Part shown: piece by piece, positions 13,429 through 24,373 of the stretch
How positions within the stretch are numbered: the stretch's first letter is position 1
Layout of the letters: each line of letters begins with the position of its first letter
Assembly (NCBI GenBank): GCA_051294375.1
Contig: CM119271.1
Span: 14,514,770 to 14,578,769 of the forward strand
Direction of reading: 5' to 3'
DNA from: Paraspadella gotoi
Lineage: Eukaryota; Animalia; Chaetognatha
Length of the DNA stretch: 64,000 nt
Position numbers and translations under genes: made by a program
Notes under the pieces: generated by a model
What the model was told of the DNA's origin: nothing
What the model saw: only the letters and a program-made list of their open reading frames with translations
Databases searched by the model: none

Positions 13429-13939
13429 TTACGATTTAGGATGGATGTTCATCGCTTCGGCGGTGGACTTTCCTCCGGAGGCCCCACGAGATCCCATGGA
13501 CTCGTGCCATTCCAAGTTGCTCCGGGTCACCGAATGACCTTGGTTGGCCTCGGCTTTAGCAAACTTGACCGCCCCGTAGCAGCCGAGAAGGGTCAGGAGC
13601 ATGAGCCCGTTGGCCAAGCGAATGCGCAACCATCCCCTGGCTGAATAAGAGACGAAGGGAAATAGAAAAGATTATTAGGATTATTATTAAGATAACTTAA
13701 GAGAGCTGCGGACATGATCGATCAAACAACCCCCCACCTTTCGACATTTGTCCCGTGGTGATGACTTCGGGAATCTCCGCGGCGGACTTAAACTGCCCCG
13801 ACCAGACGAGGGCCCTCCGCGTCCACTTGTTGGGGACATGCATCTCGGACGCGGCGACTCTCGAAGTGGAGAAGGCAGCGCGCGGCGCGGAGAATCGCCC
13901 CGCCAATTTCTCCAGCGTCGCGGTGATGAGCGAAGACAT
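13429..13939 (-). CDS. FAM162A: FAM162/UPF0389-like small mitochondrial membrane protein, 2 exons (13939-13738, 13640-13429)
   Basis: Presequence-like N-terminus; HVPNKWTRRALVWSGQFKSAAEIPEVI; ARGWLRIRLANGLMLLTLLGCYGAVKFAK..GHSVTRSNLEWH. Confidence 0.85.
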
Positions 13940-14276
13940 GGTATTGCGATTTCTCGACTGCAGATTTCATTCAGGAAAAAATACATTTCAAAACAATTTC
14001 GGAAATGAAAATGAAACAAAAAAAATCTTAGTCACTCGGTAGCTTTATTGCCATCTACATATAAAAAGCATGGTCGCATTATATAGAATTATTTAACATC
14101 AACTTTAATACAATAAAACCTGTGCCAAAAAGCGCATTGCTATGGTAAAATTTTTAAAAAGGAGACTAGTAGAACTAGTAGACTAGTAGAATCATCAACA
14201 GAGATAATCAATCATTGAATCTGAAAAAACACCCGTAGGATTTTTAGCGATATCACACGGGTTTTTATTTTTCGGT

Positions 14277-16147
14277 TCACGATTTGACGCTTCTGTCGAG
14301 AATTTCCATCGTCCAAACTAAAGGGGCGTCAGTTTCGACGGTGACGACGGCGTCGTCTTTGTCGGCTCCGAAGGCGTAAGTGTTCGACGTAGACACGAGA
14401 TGACCGAAAGCGAGACGATCTTGCTTCAGGTTCCATCGAAGACCGGAAGTCGTAACGCGATTGGCGGGAGCGCCTTTTTTGAGGAAATGAGGAGACAATC
14501 CAGTGAATCTCTTTTAGAATAATAAAAAAAAAAACCAAAAAAAAACTGCCTTTTTAGTCGCCCCAATTTTAAGGGATCGAGATGATCGGCCGATCGACAC
14601 CCGACGGCCGCAATTCGAGAGGGCGATAATTCAATTGAGCTAATTAGATATATTTTCTGTCAGGTACTAGAAAATCGAAAATCAAAATTGATCGAATCCT
14701 AATTCGTTCGACCCCAAAAAAAAGGAGAGAGTGAATTCGCTAATCGATATTTCTTACTCCCTCCGTCCTCCCCCCCCCCCCATCTCCCCGACTCTTGATT
14801 ACCGAGGGGAATGAGACCGCAGGGTTGTCCGATCAAGTCTCGATCGACGAAGATCTCGTGACGACCCGGATGTAAGAGGAATGAAACGGAAGTCGCGTGA
14901 ACCATATAGATTGGGAGGTTAGGGAGAAATTTTTTGGCTAGAAAAAAAAAAAGATTTATATTTTATATGCTTATTACTAAATTTGCTTCAATGTTAAGTT
15001 CTCGATGTTTAAATCAGATAATATCAAAAGACAGAAGATATAAATCTGTATTCGCTTGCTATATTTAGACCCTTATAACTATATCCACTGCTACTAGAAT
15101 GAAAGTTAAGCTTGGTAGAAAAAATCTCGAGATAAAAACGAATTGGAAATCCTACGGTGGCGAATGATTTCTAACAAGTTTCACCTTCAAAGAGAGAGTT
15201 GAAGCAAGCGATGATTTGGTCGAACCTTCCACAGTTGTAGCCAAAGACGACGAGAGCGTCGAGCGAAGAAGACGGCAACGTCGAGATCAAACGGAGACCT
15301 ATGTATAATATAAAAAAAAAATCATATATAACTTTGGTCACCCCTCAAAAAATTATCCATTCCCACCCCTTTCTGTTCAGCCTCTTAGATATTATGATTT
15401 TTCATTAATGACTTTCTAACAGAAATGATGTGTGATATCTATTAGAAAACTAGGACAGATAGTAATCTAACCTTGTGTTGTATAGATGCTCCCTCTATTT
15501 CCAGAAGACAACACTGACTTCCCCTTCCCAAATTGAATTATTAGATAAATAAAACATTTTTAAGAAAGAAAGCAATATATATTTGATTAAATAATAAGAT
15601 TAAATACTAAATCCTTCATAAAATATAAAAATAGAAAATAGTGAAACAAGTAATTTGCAAATTTTCATAAAATGCGATATAAGAGTAAAGCAAATCAAAC
15701 TCAAAACTTACCCTTGGTAAAGTCCGTCTCGTCCTGGTCGGGCGTGTGCTCGATCCTCACTCCCTGAGACTTGTAGCTTTGAAGGATGTCGGGCAGAACC
15801 GAGTCGAAGTCTCCGCTGATGACGTCGGGCGGCGACATCTCGTCGCCCGTCGGCATCAGTGAATTCTCGTGAAGGTGATTGGCTGAAGGGGTTTAAGTTG
15901 GGAAGCGGGGGGTTTAGGAAAAACGCCCTTACCCACCATCCCATTTCCCCCCGCTCGCCTTACCCGCCCCGTCGAGGGCGAGTTTGAAGGGCGAGGCGTT
16001 CCACATTCGGTGGAGATGACGCATGTTTTTTCTGAGAGAAACGTTGAGTAGGACGACGCCCGTGCGCGGGTGGAGTCGCGGAACGAACAGAACTTCCAAG
16101 GGACGCCAGACTCGCGTCGAAGGCACGGAGGTGGAATCGGTTTCCAT
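14277..16147 (-). CDS. TPK1: Thiamine pyrophosphokinase 1, 5 exons
   Basis: WRPLE..GVVLLN..LDGA; [11 protein letters not shown]; [11 protein letters not shown]; GRFDQII; CGLIPLG; [30 protein letters not shown]. Confidence 0.94.
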
Positions 16148-16493
16148 CGCAAAAGAGGAAATGTTTTTGGTCAACGTTTTTGATTTTTTCCTTCTCCGCT
16201 TTACCCTTTGATCTTTCAACGGAACATATTTCCGCAAAAATTAATTTTCCCCAAAACTACCGTCGCTATCTAAACGTGAATTTTTTAGGATTTCCATGAA
16301 TGAAAAAAAGACTAGAAAAAGAGCGCGAAAAGAAATTTCATGGCAGGCTCGAGTGGAATGAGGTTTAAAACGAATACGCACTTGACATGAGCGCGACCAA
16401 TCATTGTTTATGTTGAGCCGCGTAAATAAGAAGTAATTAGTCTATTTTCTGTAAAGTTAGGAACGAAGACGAAGAATTTCGCTTCCACTTTCG

Positions 16494-16980
16494 CTAAATC
16501 CATCGAATGAAAACATAACAGACGAAAAAGACGAAGAGCGCGAAGAGGATCATGTACCAGATGATCTTGTGGTGTCCGGCCTTGGAGATGCTCGTCAACC
16601 GGGCAATGGTGGACTGAAGAAGGCCGCCCGAAGAGTCGAACTCGTCGTCCATTTCCCCGAGGAGTCGGTTTTGGCCGCGGACTTCGTTCCCGATGTCGAT
16701 CGTCAGCGACTTGAGGGCTCGGACCTGAGGTAAAGATGGGGTTATTTTAATAATATATTTAATATTAAATTATAAGTTAACGTCCTTTCCTCACAAAACA
16801 ACCAACCACCATCCAGACTCAGTCCACCCACTTTTCCTCCTTTACTAAACTCACCTTTCCGCTGAGTTCGTCGGCCATTCGGTCGTTCTCCTGTTCCATC
16901 ATCTGATGAGAGGCGAAGTCGTCGTTCCTCAGATGATGATACTGATGACCGCCCGCCGAAGACTGAGCCGCGCGACGCAT
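16494..16980 (-). CDS. BET1: BET1 Golgi Qc-SNARE, 2 exons (16980-16855, 16724-16494); not shown in the ORF track
   Basis: MRRAAQ...MEQENDRMADELSGK|VRALKSLTIDIGNEVRGQNRLLGEMDDEFDSSGGLL...WYMILFALFVFFVCYVFIRWI* (SNARE motif plus C-terminal TM). Confidence 0.94.
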
Positions 16981-17622
16981 TTTTTTTATCGAATGTTTTA
17001 AATGTCACTTAGTTAAAATCTCAATGATCGATCGACATCAACGTTTGGATTTCAAGTTATGACATCCATCCCTGCAAGTGTCTAGAGCTCCAACCACAAC
17101 TAGGAAAAAAAATGACTGCGCCAATTTTTTTTTTAAAGTTTAAGAACAAAAAAAAAAAAAAGGTTATACAAAAGCGATTTGGATCTAATCGTTAAACGTC
17201 AAAAAGGCGCCCAAATATAGTGAAAGAGACAAACGCGGACTAGATGTTTGGGCGTGGATGATAAACGGGGTTGAAGGGGAAAAGGGGAGGCGCGTCGCAG
17301 GAATCGCGTGGAATGTGAACATGCGGCTCACATCGGTTCACCGCTTTTAAACTTAATTTGGGGGGAGGGGGGGGCGGTTCATAACTAGTTCACTGGCAGA
17401 GTCGCTGACCAGGCTATATGCAGTGTCACATTTCTCGAATCCTCGATTAAAAAAACTAATTGTAACTTTTCGATTTCTCGTCGCAATTGGAATATAACTT
17501 CATAAAACTACATTCATAGTAAAAGGGAATTTTTTTTCTTGGCTTCGATTCCACGTGGGGGGGGCGAATTCTGCGCTACGACGGAGAAGACGGACGATCC
17601 GGACTGACGGACTGACGGACGG

Positions 17623-17724
17623 TCAATCGTCGTTGAGAAGATCCTCTTCGAAGTCGACGTCTCCGTCGTCGCCGACGCCCAAATTTAAATTGTCCAAATC
17701 CAATTCGAGTTCCGCGTTTCGCGA

Positions 17725-17765
<41 letters not shown>

Positions 17766-20700
17766 ATTTCACGGGAGAATCAGATGGCGGCGTCATCTTC
17801 GAAATATGAATTACAGTAAATCGTTCGGATTATTTAATTAATCTAATTTAATTAATCTCACCATCTCGTCGTCGTCGTCGAGTCCCGATTCGTTCGAGAG
17901 CGACGGCCCCTTCGCTCCTGAGCACAAAACGCAACAAATTAAATATTAAATAAGCAAACGTACGACAACATTTACGACGACGACAATCCCCCTTCCCATC
18001 CTACGGACCCGGAGCGAGGTCCAAGTCCTGGCCGGCGGCGATGGCGGCTGCGACTTCGGCGGCGATGTCCCGCTCGTGGTTGGGGGTGACCGAGGTGAAG
18101 GCGAGCGCGGGGATACGGGTGCGTCGCTCCGTCTTCAAGTAGGCCTCCGCCTGAGGAATGAGAAAAAGAAAGAAAGGCGGCGAAGATGAGCTAAAGATTA
18201 AAAAAAGAGATCTTTGTCCATCGTTCGTTGACTTCGTTTGTCACGAAATTCGATCGCGAAAATGTCGTTCTGGCGAGGCGAAGCGAGGCCAGTTTAGCGA
18301 TCCACATGAAATCGAATCATTAATCATTCATTAATGGAGGGGGAGAGAGAGAAAGAGAGGGAGAGAGAGAGAGAGAGAGAGACATTAAGCACCTGGAAAT
18401 TGTCCCTGAGACCCGGGAACAGGTTCTCGTAGTCGGTCGGATCAGCGAGAGCCTCCGACGCCTTCTTGTTTGTCTTGGCGAGAGACTCGCGCCAGAGAGA
18501 AACGACTCGGGAGATTTGAGAAGGGAGGTAAGTCCGGGCGAAGAAGGCCGCTTCAGGGAGTCTGGGGGAGGATTGGATTTATTGTTGTTAAGTTATCAAA
18601 CTATCGCCACAAAAAGTAACTAGTAAGTTACAGTCTCAATGTAATTTCTTTCGATTTGTTGCAAGTTTTAGTTATAACGTTTTTTTATTTTTTAAAAACA
18701 ACGGTAAATTTGAAGCAAAAATTTTTCGGCTCTGATGAGAGCCCTCTTCAGCGAGAAAAATATTTGTCGCGCCGAAACATAACCGTTATTTTTGTTTCAA
18801 ATTTACCGTTGTTTTTAAACAATAAAAAAACGTTATAACTAAAAGTCTCAAATAAATAACTTCAATTTAAAATTAGAATTAGGTATTTAGATTAGGCTCA
18901 TTAGGTTAGCTTAACAAATTTAAGAGAAAGGCATTTCAACCTTCTTGGTACCTAAATCTAATTTAACATTGCCAAACAAGCTATCTTGAAATATTCCTGA
19001 CCAAAATGAAAAACGAGCAAACAATGAGCAACACCTGCCACCCGAACGATCAATTCATTTTCTATAAAGAATTCCCTTCGAAAAATTAAACCCGTTCGAC
19101 AAGAAAAACGTCTCTTGTGGCGAATCCTAAATTCGCCTCCCGTATAGCTTGGTGAAACTCAGCTCGTCCCATTGGCTTGGACCCCTCACGGTCACGCTGG
19201 TTAAAGTGTGATGGTGTTGGCATAAACACGCCAGTGACATGGGGTGGTCACTGCAGGTCCAAAGCCGTGAGCGCCAGCTGTCAGGAGATGCCTCACACCC
19301 CAGGCATCACACATGTCCCTCCATTGCCATACTCTTACCATTGCTGGAATAAGCAAATCTTATTAAGTAAATTATATTATTGTATACCTGTTCGACGAGA
19401 TGAGGGTCTCCAAACATTCTTCTAATTTCCCCAAAACGAAGTTGGAAAGAAAGGCGACGTTTTGCTGTCCGGATTCTGCAGCCGACGCCCCCAGCTTGCC
19501 GACCATGTCCGCGTTGCCAGAGGCGGAGGCCAACAGCAGCAGCCCGCCAAAGTCCTGAGCGCGATGTAGGCATTCCTGCGCCAACCGGAAGTCGCATTTG
19601 GACGTTGCCAGTTCCGCCAACTGCTTCCACTTCTGTTCCGACTGAGGGGAAAATGGGCAAATCCACGTTGCAAAAGGCAAATAACATCAACTTCATTCAA
19701 CAAGAACTGACCTCAGCCTCTACTGCCAGCTCATGAGCGATATCAAGTTCACCCAAGTTCAACGCCAGGTCGAACTTGTGCTCAGGATCAGTCGTGACCG
19801 ACAAGGCTTGAGAACGGAAGCCTGAATAAAGATTGATAAGAGATAGTAGATATAGATAGACGTCGATAAATAATATATATTGGTTGTACCAATTTCATAT
19901 ATACAAAATGCCCCTACCTTGCTTTTCTAAGAAATGCGCGACTCGCGTTCTCTGCTCTTTTTGAATCGTCGGTAAGATTCTATCGGCCGAGTCGAAGTCG
20001 CCTCGCATCACCGCCGTCTGATACTCCATCACAGACAACAGCACCTGGTAGATGGGGGGAAAAGAAAATGAAGTCATTCGTCCATCGATTGCCAATCGCC
20101 ACATCCTTTCGCAACAGCTTCACCTGAAAGGAGACGATGTTGAGGTCCTTGTCGCCGAGGTAGACCCGGTTGTCCTTAGGGATGTAACCGAGAAGATAGA
20201 GAACGCGGTCGAGGTGAGAGATGGTCACAATTTCCCCGCCGACGTAGTAGTTGAGGCGGTTCACCGAGTTGGTGTAGAGGAAACAGTCGCCGACCCACAA
20301 GCCTGAGAACGGTGAAGTTAATGTTAATATTTTAGCGGTCTAAACAACAACCACAACAACAACTCGTTGACCAAACAACCACTTAACGGTTAACAGTTAA
20401 ACCTGACCTTGTAATCTCGTTTACCGATTCATGATTTTCTCTATTGTTATGCTTATGACCATTGTAACCTTTTTTACTGTTTTGTTTTTATGCTTCCTTT
20501 TTTGTTGAGTAAAGTCACCACAATATACAGATAAATGAATGAGAGTAAAACCGGATTCGTAATTCGTCTTATGACTCGCAAATTGTTACAGTAACCTTAC
20601 TTCTTCTCTTTAAAGGGCCAGTCGGCAAACACGGTAACTTTGACCTAGCTTTGGAAATGACCTTAGACCTGACTGGACACAGTAATAAGAGATCGTATGT

Positions 20701-23494
20701 GAAATTCTACCTCTTCACAAGATCACACTATTATGACCTCCATCACAGTTTATTATTATCTCTATTTTTCGTCTTCTACAAAGGTCAATTGGGACATAAT
20801 TCAAATATAATTGGCCTCAATCAATCAGTCAACAGCAACTGACCCGTCTTGACGATCTCCTGGATTTCGCCGACGACGTCGAATGCGTCCTCGATCCCGT
20901 CTTCGGTCACGCCCTCCTTGGACTGCTGCGCCTTGGTCACCGCCTCAGCAGAGAAGCGCAGCACGAAGAAGGACTCTTCCGTTGCTATGGTGACCAATTC
21001 GCCCGACTCGTTCCAGTAGATGTGGCGAGGGGTGATTTCGATGCGTCTGGAGAAGAAATTGCGTAAATAATTAATTAATTAATTAATTAATATTTAACAG
21101 TCTGAAAGGGATTCTCTAACCTGACGAGTTCCGTGGATTCCCAATCGTAAAATGCGAGTCCAGTTGGAGACTTGACGCCCAACATGTTTCCGCCGTAGAG
21201 ACCCTCGGCGCCGAAGTCGGGCTTGAAGGACTTGCGCTCCTTGAAGTTCTTGAAAATTTTCACCTGGAGGGAAAAAAACAAGTTTTCATTGTCCAATACA
21301 TCGTTCTGAATGATTGTTAAATGTCGATGTCTAACCTGACTGGTGTTTTCCCTGATGGCGTATTCGCTGCTATCGTGAGACCAAACGAATTCCTGAAAAG
21401 AGAAAATACTCGGAATTCATCCCCGTGAGTTTTGATCAATATGATAAATATTAATAATAATATCTCCGAATCCATCTTCCTCCATCATCACCTGCGCGGA
21501 TCCAAAGCTCTTGTTCCTGAGCGCCATCGAGGTGTAGATGATGTATTCTCCGTCGCCGCAGACGACCACGAAGCGACCGTTGGGATTGTGGCTGATCGTC
21601 TAAAGGGAAAGAAACGGACAATATCGAAAGGATGCTCTCCGATTTCTTATAGCATTAAATGTAAGAAAGTTACCTGTGGATATATTTCGCAAGATCCCAT
21701 GTCTTTAAAATCAAGAGGGAGCCTTTCGCCATCCTTGGTATCGGCCTCCGAACCCAGGGCTTTGATGTTGGCCTTGAAAAATTTTACGTAATCATTAAAA
21801 ATAATTCACATATGTGGAAGACGATGCTGCGAGCAGTTGCACACAAGTTCCCGAACTTCGGATCGGGCTGTAGTTAGTCACTACAGGTGGGTTAGACGCC
21901 CCGTCGAGCTTTCTTGTGTGAATCAGCAGGGCGCGAACCCGAGTCCTTTGGGTTGGGAGGAGCTCGTGCTACCTCCGGCGCCATAGGAGCTGCTGATTCT
22001 CGGACGAGTAACGGGGTATGAAATACTACCACTACACATATTAAGTTTAGCTACTTCTTCGACGACCTGCTGAATCTCCGAATGTTTGGCCCAGATTATC
22101 TTCCCGTTGGAGTCCATGGACATTGCGGGCTCTTCTCGACCCAATTTAATGAGAACGCTGCCCTCGTCGTATCCAAGGGCGACGTTGTTGGAGCCCCGTT
22201 GGACCGAGATGCACCACCCGCGCTCCAGACCGTAATTCAAGGTCGTCTCCAGTCTAAGCGGGCGTCAAAAGAATTCTTTAAACTGTAGCTCAAACCCTCA
22301 TTTCAGTTCTAATAAACTGTTCCAATTGTTCCCATCACCTATAAGTGTTTGCGTGCCAAACGCGGAAGGTTCCGTCCTCGGATCCGGTCAAGATTATGGG
22401 CAGCTCGGGATGAAAAGCCACGGCGGAGATGTTTTGGGCGTGGCCTTCCAAAGTCTGAAAAATCATTCGAGCATAAGCGAGTTTCAATCATTAGAACCTA
22501 CTCTTTCTCCCGTCGCCTCACTTAATTTTACCTGCACGCAAGTCTTGTTCTGATAATCCCAAATCTTGACGAGTCGATCGTCGGCGCCGGAGATGAGGTA
22601 AGGCTTATCCCCGCCCGTGTAGTAGTCGAGGCAGTTGACGCCCTTCTCGTGTCCCTCGAGGGTGAAGTTGGCCTGAGCGGAGCCGAGTTGCCAGACCTTG
22701 ACGAGGCGATCGAGGGAGGCCGAAGCGAAGGTGTTGTTGTCCTTGGGGTTGAAGATCACCTGGAGGAGGAGAGGGATTGTCGACGTGAAAAGTGATATCG
22801 CGTTTCCCTGTCAAAATATCATACTAGTCATACCTGCATGACGTAATGCGTGTGACCTTCGAAAACTTGCGTGCAGGTCCACTTTTTGTCCCAGTCCCAC
22901 AGCTTGATCAGCATGTCGTCGCTAAATCGGAACGAAAGTTTGTTTAATATTTATAAAAAAAATTTTTCCTGTATAAAATTTACGAAATTAAGAATATTCA
23001 ACTCGCCTGGATGTTAGAATAAATGGCTGAGTCGGGTGAATGGCGATGGAGCGGATGTAGTCGGAATGAGCCTCGAAGGAATGGGCGCGCTCCAGCGTGT
23101 TGTAGTTGAAGACCCGGATCTGCATGTCGTCGGAGCCGGCGATGACCCAGTGCTTCCTGGAGATGTCAAAGGGAAGGTCGGGTTAAATTAAATATTAATC
23201 ATATTTAACTGTGATTTGATCAATTACAATACATAAATTGTTTTCACTCCACAATATTTAATATTTATTCTTCCCCTCCCCTTTTCCTGACCTTGCGACG
23301 AACTTGGCCGCCCTGACCGGGAGGTCGCAAACTTCGAAGGACTTGACGAGCTGTTGCGTCTCGTGGTTCCAGACGTGGACGTTGCCGTTATATAGGGAGG
23401 CCAACATCCAGGCCTCCGTCGGGTGGAGGTCGACCGACTTGACGCGGTCCGACCTGGCCGACAACTTGCGCTTTATGTCCAATCGAAGAGGCAT
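17623..23494 (-). CDS. COPB2: Coatomer subunit beta' (COPI), multi-exon
   Basis: [27 protein letters not shown]; [15 protein letters not shown]; NYGLERGW; [24 protein letters not shown]; [14 protein letters not shown]; acidic tail ending DLLNDD*. Confidence 0.98.
18666..18844. mobile_element. Imperfect inverted repeat with degenerate hammerhead motif (Penelope-like LTR remnant) in COPB2 intron
   Basis: Arms ~18666-18730 and ~18770-18844. Minus strand CTGAAGA-G-GGCTCT-CATC-AGAGCC-GAAA; stem III damaged. Confidence 0.65.
19116..19311 (+). mobile_element. R1 repeat copy 4 (internal deletion removing most of the tRNA-like region), in COPB2 intron
   Basis: TGTGGCGAATCCTAAATTCGCCTCCCG ... CAGGCATCACA; homologous to 10110-10327. 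Confidence 0.8.
21813..22036 (-). mobile_element. Solo-LTR-like insertion with tRNA-like core and 4-bp TSD (Helenus-type TRIM-like) in COPB2 intron
   Basis: CATA|TGTGG...CTACA|CATA. Minus strand has A-box TGGCGCCGGAGG and B-box GGTTCGCGCCC enclosed by an AATCAGCAG/CTGCTGATT stem. Confidence 0.65.
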
Positions 23495-24373
23495 CGTGGA
23501 AATGAGTTTTTTTTTGTTATCGAATGATCAAGAGTTTATTGATTTTTTTCTAGTTTACAACGAGTCCACAATTTGTTCGTCAGAGAAGCCGAATCGTTGA
23601 AAAATGGACAAAACGACTTTTTTTTTTATATCTGCATTTTTAACGAGCGAGAGACAAATAAAAAAAAAATAAGAAGTTTGAATCGCAGGCATTTTCAAAA
23701 AGGGGAAAATCTGAAGAGGGAAGATTTAGCGTTGGGTGCCGACGGAGACAAAATGGGAAGAGTGGGAGGCGAGTAAGGTAATGTGCGTCACGAACTTTAA
23801 TAAAAGCAAAAATTTACAAATAAAAGTAAAGGCCGAATGCGTTTTTGAGGAAAAATAAAAATGGATTTAAAAAATGAGCAGCAACGCACATCAGTTTGCA
23901 TTGAGTATTCTGGCCGAGTTTGGAGTCAAAGAAAACGAAGGCTCTTTACGGGCTAAATAAAAACGGCTCCCGATTTTTTTTTAAATTTGTTAATATATTT
24001 TTAGGGTTCTGACAAATATTTTTAGCCATACAAGTCATTTTTTGTCGTTTTTGTTTTTTTACCAATCGCCAAACAGCCGGGAAGGAAGCGTTTCCCTCTG
24101 ACGCACAAAAGCTATCTCGGAACGAATCTAAGCGATGCTATTCTAGACATACAAAGCAGTTCCGTAATGGCGGTAGGTATATAAGTATAAAGACAAAGTT
24201 TGATTCATTAAAGACAAAGTTAGGTATGCTACGAATCGGCGCGACGTCTCGTAGGAATTTTAAAATCGACTAGAGATTATAACGCGTGTAATAATTTTTA
24301 CACGTTAACGAGCCTAATTTTTTTTTTGTAGCTACATATCAAGTTTTTTTGGTCTACAGAATTTTTTTCTTCT

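Noticed and set aside
18870-18915. Scattered TTAGG-like words resembling telomeric repeats
   Set aside because: Too short and degenerate.
21920-21992. Possible functional tRNA gene
   Set aside because: No proper anticodon arm or cloverleaf; embedded in an LTR-like insertion.
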